NCBI GenBank assembly: GCA_018436925.1
Contig: JAHDKI010000030.1
Span: 2,598-66,597 of the forward strand
Source of the DNA: Syntrophaceae bacterium
Lineage (GTDB): Bacteria; Desulfobacterota; Syntrophia; Syntrophales; Smithellaceae
DNA length: 64,000 bases
Reading direction: 5' to 3'
Within the stretch, counting starts at the first letter, position 1. The number at the start of each line of letters is the position of its first letter. The translations under genes and the position numbers were made by a program. This document shows, piece by piece, positions 53,184 to 62,345 of this stretch. The notes beneath the pieces are model-generated. The model was not told the origin of the DNA. It searched no databases and was given only the letters and a program-made list of their open reading frames with translations.

Positions 53184-54221
53184 TCAGATGTCTATTCTGT
53201 TTGAGTAAATATCCGCTTCTTCCTGCGAAATCACGCCGTCTTGCAGCAATTTTTTGATGTGATCGACCATGGGCTGCATGCCGATATTCTTGCCGGTCTG
53301 CATCACGGACACAATCTGGAACGTTTTGGCCTCCCGGATGAGATTCTGAATGGCTGCATTGCAAATCATGACTTCAACCGCCGCCACTCGTCCGCTGCGG
53401 TCCGCCTTGCGAAGCAGATTCTGGGACACGACCCCTTTTAGCGATTCGGCCAGCATCGTCCGGATCTGAGCCTGCTGGGTGGTTGGAAACACGTCGATGA
53501 TCCGGTCGACCGTTTTCGGCGCGCTGGACGTGTGCAAGGTACCCAGCACCAAAAGACCCGTTTCCGCCGCCGTCAGCGCCAACTGGATGGTGTCGAGGTC
53601 GCGCATCTCGCCGACGAGCACGACATCCGGATCCTCGCGCAGCGCCGCCTTGAGGCCTGCGGCGAAACTTTCCATATGAAATCCGAGCTGCCGCTGATGG
53701 ATCAGGCACTTCCCCTTGGGGTGGATAAACTCAATGGGATCCTCCAGCGTGATAATATGCGCGCTTTTTTCCTTGTTGATTAAATCGAGCATGGCCGCAA
53801 GCGTCGTGGATTTGCCTGAGCCCGTCGCGCCGGTCACCAGGACCAATCCTTTTTTCAAGCGCGCCAGCGAATAGACCGCCTCGGGAATCCCCAGCTCGCG
53901 CAGGGTTTTGATGTTGGTGGGAATCACGCGAAACGCGCCGCTGTACCCATGTCGTTCCAAAAAAATGTTGCCGCGAAACCGGGCGACGCCTTCGAGTTCG
54001 TAGGCAAAATCGATGTCCTTTTTGCTTTTCAGCAGGGCAAGCGTTTTTTCGTCGAGCATTTCCAGAAGCAGAACTTCAACCTCTTCTTTGGCCAGATCAT
54101 GATACTTTGCGCGCTGCAATTCGCCGTTGATGCGCAAAAGGGGCGGCTCGCCCACACAGACATGCAGGTCTGAAGCTTTATATTCCAGAATCATTTTGAG
54201 CAAAACGTCGATTTTCGCCAT
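53184..54221 (-). CDS. pilT: Type IV pilus retraction ATPase PilT
   Basis: ASDLHVCVGEPPLLRINGEL, Walker A GATGSGKSTT, ITLEDPIEF, VLVGEMRDLDTI and GTLHTSSA. 345 aa. Confidence 0.9.
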   Translation of the reverse strand: MAKIDVLLKMILEYKASDLHVCVGEPPLLRINGELQRAKYHDLAKEEVEVLLLEMLDEKTLALLKSKKDIDFAYELEGVARFRGNIFLERHGYSGAFRVIPTNIKTLRELGIPEAVYSLARLKKGLVLVTGATGSGKSTTLAAMLDLINKEKSAHIITLEDPIEFIHPKGKCLIHQRQLGFHMESFAAGLKAALREDPDVVLVGEMRDLDTIQLALTAAETGLLVLGTLHTSSAPKTVDRIIDVFPTTQQAQIRTMLAESLKGVVSQNLLRKADRSGRVAAVEVMICNAAIQNLIREAKTFQIVSVMQTGKNIGMQPMVDHIKKLLQDGVISQEEADIYSNRIDI

Positions 54222-54394
54222 GCATCATCCTTCGTCTATTATATTGTCGGCAGACCGGCCGGAAAATTAAGCAAGGCTTGCACAATCTCCCGTGATAAAG
54301 CGTCTTCTCAAAAGAAAGCCTCGAAACATCGAACCGTTATATGACCCTCCCTTGCGGGATCCGCCCCGCATGCGGCTCAGCCGACCGGCGAAAA

Positions 54395-55243
54395 TCAGGG
54401 ATACGAAGGCGGACGAACCGGATAGGAAGTCCCGTCCGGCATGACCTCGACGTCCCTGCCGTCGATGGTCTCAATGCGGGTCAAGACGGCCGGGACGCGG
54501 CGGTTGCCGGCTGCGAGAACGGCCTGCTCGACGGTTTGAAAGACGGCCAGCTCTTCGAGTGTCGCCAACTGCGGTAAAACCAGGTCGATGCGGCCGGCCC
54601 GATATTCCCGCAACGCGGACGACGGCCGGATCCACAGATGTTTTGTCAACTCCCGCCCATCACAGGACACAGACTGTCCCGACGGCGCAGGCGTGAGAAA
54701 AAAACGCACGTCATAGCGCAAAGAAAACGGTTCGGGAGTAATCCAGTGTGAAAAATAATGCAGTCTGTCCAGCGGCAAAAGAAGTTGTTCTTTGTCGAGA
54801 ATTTGAGCAAAGGTCATCTCGTTTATGGTAAGCGCCCGTCGGTATCGTTCAAATCGGTCCGCCTCGGAAGCGGTCCGCACTGAAAACGGCGTCCGATCGG
54901 CCCGCAGCGCCGGCAGCAGTCCGGTCTCTTCAAAAAGTTCCCGGAAGGCCGCAACCCAGGCGCCGATGGCCTTTCCGGGCTGCGCCATATCCGAAAGAAT
55001 CTCCGCCGCCCGCTTTCTGTCGAGCCCCCGCGCAACGCGATCCACCTCTGAATGATAGTCCTGCGCTTCGATGGACCCGCCGGGAAAGACATAGTAGCCG
55101 GGCACGAAACTGTCCCTGACGCTTTTTAAAACGAGCAGGCACTCAATGTCGCTGCCCCCGCAGTCGGCGCAGGGTCTCACCAGAATAACCGTCGCGGCAT
55201 CGGCCGGCTTGTTCGTCATCGTCTGTCTCTTCCCGCCGTCCAT
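54395..55243 (-). CDS. NUDIX-family hydrolase (Nudix box interrupted by an insertion)
   Basis: FPGGSIEAQD ... AAFRELFEETGLL gives the G...E and REUxEExGU halves of the Nudix box, separated by about 35 extra residues. Confidence 0.65.
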   Translation of the reverse strand: MDGGKRQTMTNKPADAATVILVRPCADCGGSDIECLLVLKSVRDSFVPGYYVFPGGSIEAQDYHSEVDRVARGLDRKRAAEILSDMAQPGKAIGAWVAAFRELFEETGLLPALRADRTPFSVRTASEADRFERYRRALTINEMTFAQILDKEQLLLPLDRLHYFSHWITPEPFSLRYDVRFFLTPAPSGQSVSCDGRELTKHLWIRPSSALREYRAGRIDLVLPQLATLEELAVFQTVEQAVLAAGNRRVPAVLTRIETIDGRDVEVMPDGTSYPVRPPSYP

Positions 55244-55253
55244 TTCCGGACAT

Positions 55254-56423
55254 TCACTGCACGGCTAAAGCGAGTCTTTTCCCCAACGGGGAGGATTTGC
55301 CCAGAACCACTTTGAAGTATTCGAGCATGAGCGCTTCAATCATCTGCTGTCTGGATGTGTCGGTAAAATCATCTTGCTTTCGCATGTCTTTTTTTCTGAT
55401 CCTGCCTGAAACCACCGCGAGATCCTGCCTGGCCTGAATCAGCGCGGCATAACGCCGGCTTAAATCCTCCGTCGGCAGCGCGCCCAGGCGCCGGTAAATA
55501 CCGGCCAGCTCCGCGGCCGGCGGCAGTTTGGGCGACTCGAGGATGGACTTGGTGTTTCTGGCATGGCGCTCAATCCCTTTGATCACGTGATCGGATTGGG
55601 CAAAGTTGATCCCGGACCAGCCGGCGCGAATCCATTGAAAGACGCCGCAGCGGATCGTGGACGGCGACGAGTCCGCTTCGACATAAACGCCCACGGCAAA
55701 GAAATCATAGATGTAGGATTTCACCCATCCCAGCCCGGCTTTGGCCGATCCGACCTCATCGGTGTAGAGATAGTTCCAGTCGTCGTCGCTGAGAATAAAC
55801 CCCTTCTTGCCCACATCGGACACATCGACCTGCTTCGAGACGGATATGAGCACATTGCGCCCTTTGTACTGCAGAAGGATCAGCGCACGCAGAAGGTCAT
55901 ACTCATAGTAGACCTCTGTGGTCAAATCCGGCGTAATCCCGTCGCGTTGAATGCCGCGAATCACCAGGGGCTGCGCCGGATCGGCAGGCAGCATCCAGCG
56001 CTCCGGCAACAGCTGCGATTTGGACCCGTTGGTGCGCCACAGAGAATACCGAAGCGACGCCGGAGAGGTCAGCGCCGAAGGAACCTGACGGCTGTAAGAA
56101 TACTGCAGGAAATCGGTAAATCCCACGTTGAGATCATACTCATAGTAAGCGCCGCTGGCTTTGCGAATTTTGGGAAGTTCGGCCTTCCGCACTGATTTTT
56201 TTTCAAGGACGGCATCGATCAGCGCGCCGACGGCCTGCAAATCGAGCTTCGCATTGGAATCCACCGCAAAATCAACCAGCTTTAAAGCAGCCGACGAGGC
56301 AGACTGGCGGCTCTCCACAAAAGATTGCGCATCAGCCGGGGTTGGAATCGCAAAGATGAACAGCGCCGCCGCGCACACAAAAAAACGGCCGAAGCCGGCA
56401 TTTTTCCTTTGTTGTCCAGTCAT
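55254..56423 (-). CDS. Secreted hypothetical protein
   Basis: Signal peptide FFVCAAALFIFAIPTPADA-QS. 389 aa, ending 10 nt before the NUDIX start. No recognised domain. Confidence 0.6.
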   Translation of the reverse strand: MTGQQRKNAGFGRFFVCAAALFIFAIPTPADAQSFVESRQSASSAALKLVDFAVDSNAKLDLQAVGALIDAVLEKKSVRKAELPKIRKASGAYYEYDLNVGFTDFLQYSYSRQVPSALTSPASLRYSLWRTNGSKSQLLPERWMLPADPAQPLVIRGIQRDGITPDLTTEVYYEYDLLRALILLQYKGRNVLISVSKQVDVSDVGKKGFILSDDDWNYLYTDEVGSAKAGLGWVKSYIYDFFAVGVYVEADSSPSTIRCGVFQWIRAGWSGINFAQSDHVIKGIERHARNTKSILESPKLPPAAELAGIYRRLGALPTEDLSRRYAALIQARQDLAVVSGRIRKKDMRKQDDFTDTSRQQMIEALMLEYFKVVLGKSSPLGKRLALAVQ

Positions 56424-56787
56424 TAAGAAATCCTTGGTTTTTAGTAAATTTGATGGACTCTAGCGAATAATACCCCTGTTGTAAAGCCCCTAATCCAACC
56501 TGTCAGGTAGATTTAATTCAAACGGCAATGCGCGGGCACTCAGACGAAGGAAATCGGATTGGGCCTGCTGACGACGCGTTTTCCTGAGCGCTACGCAATG
56601 TCGGAATACCTTACACCTGTAATACATTGTTTGCAAGTCACGCCCTGCAATTTTTTTTGTTCTAAAAAAACATGAACAAATCGTCAATGATTCAAACGGC
56701 CTGACCTCTGCCGTCCGAATCCCCTCCGTCAAGGGTATATTTTGTGCATGAATATCAGCACTTCCCTCCGGACTTAAGGACGTCGAG

Positions 56788-57276
56788 ATGAAAAAGGACA
56801 GTTCGATTTGTTTTCGCGCCAGCAGGGAGCTGCATCATGCGCTCATCGCTATTTCAAGGCAGGAGCGGCGGTCGCTGTCGTCCACGATCAATATCATTTT
56901 GGCCGATTATCTGAAGGAAAGACCGGCGACAAACGAGGCTGTGCGGGAAAAACGCCAGTATCCGCGCGAGGCGCTTTCCGTTCCGGCCGTCATTGACCAG
57001 CCTGACGTCGCACAACCGGGCATTGTGACCATCGCCGACGTATCACTGGGCGGGCTTAAAATTTCCATCCCCCGCACGCAGGAAAACCGGCCGGCGATTG
57101 ATGCGGAAGGAGCGCGTTTCCACGCCGTCTTCCACCTGCCGTCAAGCCATTTCCAGATCCGACTGGCCTGCGAATCGCGGTATGCCCTCGACATGGCGGA
57201 CAGAACTTGTGTGGGAGCGGTGTTCGTCGACGGTAATTTTCAAAGTTATCGAACCCTTCAATCCTTTCTGGTCTGA
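56788..57276 (+). CDS. Ribbon-helix-helix (CopG/Arc-like) domain fused to a PilZ c-di-GMP-binding domain
   Basis: AAGGA RBS. The N-terminus ICFRASRELHHALIAISRQERRSLSSTINIILADYL fits the beta-alpha-alpha RHH pattern. The PilZ motifs RxxxR (KRQYPRE) and DxSxxG (ADVSLGGL) are present about 25 residues apart. Confidence 0.75.
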   Translation: MKKDSSICFRASRELHHALIAISRQERRSLSSTINIILADYLKERPATNEAVREKRQYPREALSVPAVIDQPDVAQPGIVTIADVSLGGLKISIPRTQENRPAIDAEGARFHAVFHLPSSHFQIRLACESRYALDMADRTCVGAVFVDGNFQSYRTLQSFLV

Positions 57277-57309
57277 GGCCGCCGCAAAATCCGCAACATG
57301 GCATTTTCA

Positions 57310-57348
57310 TAAAAAAGCCCCGCGGCTTGTTCTTCCGCGGGGCTTTTT
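57310..57348. terminator. Bidirectional intrinsic terminator between the RHH-PilZ and PEP-CTERM genes
   Basis: GCCCCGCGG (57317-57325) pairs with CCGCGGGGC (57335-57343) across a 9-nt loop. It is flanked by A6 upstream and T5 downstream, between two convergent stop codons. Confidence 0.8.
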
Positions 57349-57376
57349 CAGGCGCATATCGTTTTTCTAACACCCG

Positions 57377-58189
57377 TCACTTTCTTTGAAGCCACCCGAT
57401 GCCGGCCAGCCCCAGCCCCAGAAGCAGGAGGCTTAGCGGTTCGGGAACCTGCGTTCCGGTTCCTTCGGTGCTCGCCAACGCCCACAGCGTGTCATTGAGC
57501 TCGATGGATCCAACCACATTACCTGCGTTATCCAGCGTAACCAGCATATTGTTGGTATCGCTCAGGTATAAATACTTCCCATCGTAGGCCATGCCGACGA
57601 CGCTACGCAGGATATCCGGCACTGCGGCAAACCAAACGGCATCGGCGTCCACTTCCGGATCAATCTCCCAGATGCCGTACTGCTGGCCGACCCAGCCGAC
57701 GGTAAAAATCGCCCCGCCGTTGTCGCCGGCCATGGATTGCGGATCCTCCACGTTGGAATAATAGAAATACGGCGATGAGCCGCCCACTGCATTATAGCGG
57801 TGAACATCGTTGACGGAACAGCCGGATGTGTAAATGTAGCTGTCGGTGGTGTTGCTCCAGTAGCCCAGGCCGTCGATCTCCCAACCACCGCTCACCATGT
57901 AATTGCCTGACGACAATCCTGTTGCCGGATCGATCAGATAAATCTTGCCGTTTTCCACATCGGCGTTGGTGTAGAAAAGCTGGGAGCTCCAGCCGGCCAG
58001 GCCGATTTCCGTATTGCCGCTGGCATAATTCGGCGCCGTGTAGACGGTGGTTATGGTTCCGGTAAAGGGATCAATTTTAATGATTTCATTCACATCGTCC
58101 GCCGCTCGCACGCCCCAGACATCGGCCGACGCGTTAAACGGACAAACCGCGACGCAAATTAAAAAAAGTAAAACGAAAATTTTTTTCAT
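57377..58189 (-). CDS. PEP-CTERM sorting-domain secreted protein (repeat/beta-propeller-like body)
   Basis: ATG 58189 lies 5 nt after GGAGG. Signal peptide is MKKIFVLLFLICVAVCPFNASA. The C-terminal VPEPLSLLLLGLGLAGIGWLQRK has the PEP motif, a TM helix and a basic tail. Confidence 0.8.
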   Translation of the reverse strand: MKKIFVLLFLICVAVCPFNASADVWGVRAADDVNEIIKIDPFTGTITTVYTAPNYASGNTEIGLAGWSSQLFYTNADVENGKIYLIDPATGLSSGNYMVSGGWEIDGLGYWSNTTDSYIYTSGCSVNDVHRYNAVGGSSPYFYYSNVEDPQSMAGDNGGAIFTVGWVGQQYGIWEIDPEVDADAVWFAAVPDILRSVVGMAYDGKYLYLSDTNNMLVTLDNAGNVVGSIELNDTLWALASTEGTGTQVPEPLSLLLLGLGLAGIGWLQRK

Positions 58190-58531
58190 AAACGCCTCCA
58201 TACGGGGAAAAAGGCCCTGGGCTTCCGTCCGCTTTGCCGCCCTTATTTGGACGCGGTAAATTCAGACGCATCAAACGCTTTCGGGAAAATCCGGATCATG
58301 AAGTGCGTGAGAGGTCTTGCGCCGGTTTACCGACACGAGAAATGGCATATCAAACAGAAGAAACACGTTTAATGAATAGAATTAGCAATGATTATACCGG
58401 TTTTGCACCCGAATCCTGCATCGGCGGCAAAGACTTTGCTGAGTCTTGCAATTATTAGGGTTTTTCTCGTCGAAAGCCGTCGCCGCGATTCTCCCGGGCC
58501 GCCGCGGATCAGAAGCGCTCGCCATAATCGT

Positions 58532-58569
58532 AAAAAAAGCCGACAAACGTTTTTGATCGTCGAACCGGC
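58532..58569 (-). terminator. Intrinsic terminator downstream of cydB
   Basis: On the minus strand: GCCGGT..CGACG-loop-CGTT..GTCGGC, an interrupted stem (lower 6 pairs including 2 G-U, upper 4 pairs), followed by T7. It starts 4 nt after the cydB stop. Confidence 0.55.
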
Positions 58570-58572
58570 CGC

Positions 58573-59589
58573 TTAGCCGTCGTAATGTCCGTCGGCTTTT
58601 GCTTTGCCTTTGAACAAACGGTAGACAAAAATCGTATAGCCGATGACGACCGGCATGCCGGCCAAACCGATGACGCTCATCACCTGGAGGGTGTAAAGAC
58701 CGGTCGAGCTGTTGAAAATCGTAAGCCCCCAATCCGGAACGTTTGACGCCCGGATCAGATGCGGAAACTGGGCCGCGCCTGCGGCCAGCCACAGACCGAG
58801 AAAGGAAAGCGAAGAGGCCGCCAGAGGGCGTCCGTCGCGTCTTGACCTCAGCGACAAATGAAGCCCCATCCACCCGACAAGAGAGACGCCAACGGCGATA
58901 TAGAATAACGGGCGCCCGGCCAATTCGGAAAAGGTGAAAGCCAAAACGGCAAAGTAAGCCAGCGAAGCGATCACATTGCCCCACAACAACACAAAGGCGA
59001 CACGATAGGCCCGATCACGAAGGGCTCCGTCGGTTTTAAGAATCGCCCAGGCGGCGCCCTGCAGCAGCACCGCGAAAAGTCCCGTGATCCCGAACAGCAA
59101 AGGAACCGGCCGCAAAAGAGTGATGAAATCCCCCGCATACTCCATGTGCTCGTCCAGGGGAACCCCGTAAATAATGTTTCCCAGGGCCACGCCGAACAGA
59201 AACGCCGCGCCCAGAGAGCCGCAGATCAGGGCTTTTTCCCACCATCCGGCGCGCGAAGGATCGAGCGCGCGAAATTCCATGGACACAGCGCGGAAGATCA
59301 GCGCAAACAAAACCAGCATCATTGCCGGATAAAATCCGGAAAACGCCGTGGCATAGGCATGGGGAAAAGCGGCGAAAAGGGCGCCGCCGGCCGTAATGAG
59401 CCAAACTTCGTTGCCATCCCAAACCGGTCCGATGGAGGCGATGAGCGTATCTTTGTCTTCCGCGCTTCTCCCCAGAACCGGTAGCAGCGCGCCCACGCCC
59501 AGATCAAAGCCGTCGAGAAGCGAATAGCCCGCCAGCAATAAAAAAATGAGCACAAACCACAGCCCCTGAAAGGTCTCAATCGTTTCCAT
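58573..59589 (-). CDS. cydB: Cytochrome bd-type quinol oxidase subunit II
   Basis: 338-aa polytopic protein. LWFVLIFLLLAGYSLLDGFDLGVG is the canonical CydB N-terminus. Confidence 0.9.
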   Translation of the reverse strand: METIETFQGLWFVLIFLLLAGYSLLDGFDLGVGALLPVLGRSAEDKDTLIASIGPVWDGNEVWLITAGGALFAAFPHAYATAFSGFYPAMMLVLFALIFRAVSMEFRALDPSRAGWWEKALICGSLGAAFLFGVALGNIIYGVPLDEHMEYAGDFITLLRPVPLLFGITGLFAVLLQGAAWAILKTDGALRDRAYRVAFVLLWGNVIASLAYFAVLAFTFSELAGRPLFYIAVGVSLVGWMGLHLSLRSRRDGRPLAASSLSFLGLWLAAGAAQFPHLIRASNVPDWGLTIFNSSTGLYTLQVMSVIGLAGMPVVIGYTIFVYRLFKGKAKADGHYDG

Positions 59590-59630
59590 CGCAAGCCGTC
59601 CCCCGCAAAATGACGTTTTTCCGTGCGGTG

Positions 59631-60938
59631 CTATGCCGCCGGACCGGTTTTAACAATTCTTAGAAACAACACAATAAACATGACCAGCAACAACGAGTAA
59701 ATCAGTCCGAACATCGTCAGGCTGAAGAGAATCTCGGCTTTGGAAACCACAACGGACGCCGCCTCCGAGGTCTTCATCAGACCGTAGATAATCCAGGGCT
59801 GACGCCCGACTTCAGCGGTCACCCAACCGGCTTCGTGCGCGATATGAGGCAACGGAATCAGAAACGGCAGGATAAATAGATACGCCTTTGACGTGTAGAG
59901 TTTTCCCCGCCACAAAAGAAAAGCGCCCAGAAGGCCCGCTGCGATAAACAGCATCCCGAGAGTCACCATCAAATGATAGGATTGAAACACCAGGTTCAAA
60001 GGCGGCCACTCCTGCTTCGGATAGTCGGCAAGTCCCCGTATCTCGGAGTTGACATCGAAGTTGTACAGAAAGCTCAACCCTTTTGGAATGGCCAGTCCAT
60101 AGGTTTTTTCAGCCGTCTCGTCCACATAGCCCAGAACATAGACGTCCGCGCCGCGCGCCGTTTCAAAATGCCCTTCCATCGCGGCGGCCTTGACCGGCTG
60201 GGTGTCGATCACCTGAATGGCGTGCGCGTGCGCCGCCCCCAACTGCAGAAGCGGCGTGACGGCAAACAACAGGATGCCGATCTTCAGCAGCGTTTTGGCG
60301 ACTTCGCCGTGCAGTCCCTTGCGGACATAATAGCCGGCAATGCCGGAAATCAGAATCGCGCAGGTGACCCAGGAGGCCAGAACCGTGTGCAAAAGCCTCA
60401 CAACGGTGGACGGATTAAAGACCGCCTCGCGAAAGCTTGCCAGAACGATTTTGCCGGCCGCGTCGAGTTCATATCCCGCAGGCGTCTGCATCCAGGAGTT
60501 GGCCACCAAAATCCAGAACGCCGACAGATGTCCGCCGACAAAGACCAGCAACGCCGCCATCCAGTACACTCGCGGAGAAACACGGCCGCGGCCGAAGATC
60601 AGCACGCCGATAAAAACCGACTCCAGAAAGAAAGCGATGACGCCTTCGGCGGCCAGAAGCGGACCGAAGATATCCCCCACCGCGCGGGAATAGCCGGACC
60701 AGTTGGTGCCGAAAGAGAACTCCATCACGATGCCGGATGCGGCGCCGACCACGAAAACAAGCGCCAAAAGTCTTGCCAGAAAGTCCGTGATCCGGCGATA
60801 GGTCTCCTCCTTTTTAACGAGGTAAAGGGTTTCGGAAATCAAAATCACCAGGGAGGTTCCCAGCGTCATCATCGGAAAGAGAATATGGAATCCGATGGTG
60901 AAGGCAAATTGTATCCGGGCCAGAAGCAACGCGTCCAT
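59631..60938 (-). CDS. cydA: Cytochrome bd-type quinol oxidase subunit I (short Q-loop type)
   Basis: LARIQFAFTIGFHILFP (heme b558 His region) and GWVTAEVGRQPW. The 435-aa length implies the short Q-loop class. Confidence 0.9.
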   Translation of the reverse strand: MDALLLARIQFAFTIGFHILFPMMTLGTSLVILISETLYLVKKEETYRRITDFLARLLALVFVVGAASGIVMEFSFGTNWSGYSRAVGDIFGPLLAAEGVIAFFLESVFIGVLIFGRGRVSPRVYWMAALLVFVGGHLSAFWILVANSWMQTPAGYELDAAGKIVLASFREAVFNPSTVVRLLHTVLASWVTCAILISGIAGYYVRKGLHGEVAKTLLKIGILLFAVTPLLQLGAAHAHAIQVIDTQPVKAAAMEGHFETARGADVYVLGYVDETAEKTYGLAIPKGLSFLYNFDVNSEIRGLADYPKQEWPPLNLVFQSYHLMVTLGMLFIAAGLLGAFLLWRGKLYTSKAYLFILPFLIPLPHIAHEAGWVTAEVGRQPWIIYGLMKTSEAASVVVSKAEILFSLTMFGLIYSLLLVMFIVLFLRIVKTGPAA

Positions 60939-61297
60939 AACCGCCTCCGATAACGATTAGAAGTGGACGCAGAATATAGAATAACCGGTCCCTTTTCAAT
61001 GATTAAATCGAGCCGCCTGGACAGGGATGAATCCGGCCTCGGACAACGGCCTCGGCCTGATGACTCAAAATGAACAGGTCATCTTGCGCAGCCAGGCGGC
61101 ACAGTCGCAAAGAGTGAATCCGTCCTGCGCCTTGCAGGGAAAGGGTTTTCAGCCTGTCTCCTCTCGGGGCACAGGATTTGCTTTGTTTTACTTGACAGAC
61201 GCTTTGAGTTCTACTAATCAACATGCAGGCATTTCGGTCGTCGCGCCTCAGGGCGTTGAGGGAAACCTTGCAAAACGAAGGAATGAGGGTGTTCGGA

Positions 61298-61864
61298 ATG
61301 GACGATTTCGTCAGATGCAAAGCCTGCGGATACATCACCACCCGCAAGCGGCTTGGAACGGTCTGTCCGGCCTGCGGCGTGCCGGCAAAAATTTTCGAAG
61401 CCTATAAACATCCGCTGTCCGCCGCAAGGCGCATTCCTCTTGACCTGCATACGCATCCCGTCGCGGTGCATTTTCCCCAGGCCTTTTGTCTGATTTTGTT
61501 TTTGCTGTCGCTGGCGGTGGCGATGTTGCCGGAGCATCATTTTGTTCGCGATCTTTATTCCACGCAAAAAGTGCTCGCTCTGATCCTGCCTTTTTTTGTG
61601 CTGTTATCCTTCGCCACAGGCCTGTATGACGCGAAACTCCGATTTCGCAAATGGACCACGCCTTTTCTTCAGAAGAAGATTTTTCTCGGCGGTCTTCTTT
61701 TTTTCATCTCGCTGGCGCTGTTCGGACTGGCCGCATCGGAGCAGTCGGCCCACAGCGCCGTGATTCGAATCCTCTTCACACTGCTTGCGGCGGGAGCCTC
61801 TTTTTGCGGGGGGCTTCTGGGCTGGATCGGCGGGCGGCTTTTGGACGCAAAATTCCCCGGTTAG
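61298..61864 (+). CDS. Rubredoxin-like zinc-ribbon fused to a 4-TM DUF2231-type membrane domain
   Basis: ATG 61298 lies 8 nt after GAGGG. The N-terminus has CxxC-x14-CxxC (RCKACGYITTRKRLGTVCPACG), followed by four TM helices with HTHPVAVHFPQ, typical of DUF2231 by memory. Confidence 0.7.
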   Translation: MDDFVRCKACGYITTRKRLGTVCPACGVPAKIFEAYKHPLSAARRIPLDLHTHPVAVHFPQAFCLILFLLSLAVAMLPEHHFVRDLYSTQKVLALILPFFVLLSFATGLYDAKLRFRKWTTPFLQKKIFLGGLLFFISLALFGLAASEQSAHSAVIRILFTLLAAGASFCGGLLGWIGGRLLDAKFPG

Positions 61865-61944
61865 CACAACCGGTGCAATCGTTTCAGATGGATGCTGCGG
61901 TTTCGCCAGTCAATGGCAACAATGCTTTTTAAGGGAGGTCGGCC

Positions 61945-62325
61945 ATGTTACGAAAATTCAGAAGGTTTCATCGATTATCCGTCATCCTTGCTGCGTGCCC
62001 TTTGTTGATTGTCCTGTCTGCGACATCAGGCTTATCCTCGCCGCCGGAAAAGCTCGACGTCAAATATGTTTATCAGACCCAAAAGCTCCTCGTCGAGATC
62101 ACACACAACTCCATGTTCAAAGGATCGCACTACATCAAATACGTGGAAATTAAAAAAAACGGCTCGATCGTCAGCCTCAACACGTACACCTCCCAGCCGA
62201 CCGGCGACACCTTCGCCTATGTCTATAGCATTCCGGCGGAAGACGACGACGTGTTTGAAGTCACCGCAACCTGCAGCCGGGGGGACAGCAAAACGGCCGC
62301 CCCGTTGACCGTTCGAACCCGTTAA
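61945..62325 (+). CDS. Small secreted protein, paralog 1, desulfoferrodoxin Fe-binding-domain-like (tentative)
   Basis: GGGAGG RBS and a signal peptide. VEITHNSMFKGSHYIKYVEIKKNG ... VTATCSRGD parallels the HPMxxxHxIxWIEL ... CNxHG blocks of superoxide reductases but lacks part of the ligand set. Confidence 0.55.
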   Translation: MLRKFRRFHRLSVILAACPLLIVLSATSGLSSPPEKLDVKYVYQTQKLLVEITHNSMFKGSHYIKYVEIKKNGSIVSLNTYTSQPTGDTFAYVYSIPAEDDDVFEVTATCSRGDSKTAAPLTVRTR

Positions 62326-62345
62326 AAACGCATGGGAGAAATCAT

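Noticed and set aside
56490-56732. 80-aa minus-strand ORF in the AT-rich intergenic region.
   Set aside because: Its composition and codon usage are unlike the neighbouring genes, it has no RBS, and it spans the inverted repeats. I treat it as non-coding.
58190-58572. Search for a sigma54 (TGGCAC-N5-TTGC) promoter upstream of the PEP-CTERM gene, and for small ORFs in this 380-bp gap.
   Set aside because: The closest GG/GC pairs have the wrong spacing (10 instead of 12 nt). The small ORFs (58234-58458, 58388-58576) lack an RBS and have implausible composition.
59973-60953. 326-aa plus-strand ORF.
   Set aside because: It is antisense to cydA, which has clear cytochrome bd subunit I motifs.
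60939-61297. Possible regulator sites (Rex/FNR/PerR-like) and a TTGACA hexamer at 61192-61197 in the cydA / DUF2231 divergent region.
   Set aside because: I could find no convincing palindrome, and the -10 candidates at proper spacing from TTGACA are poor. I cannot support a specific site by eye.
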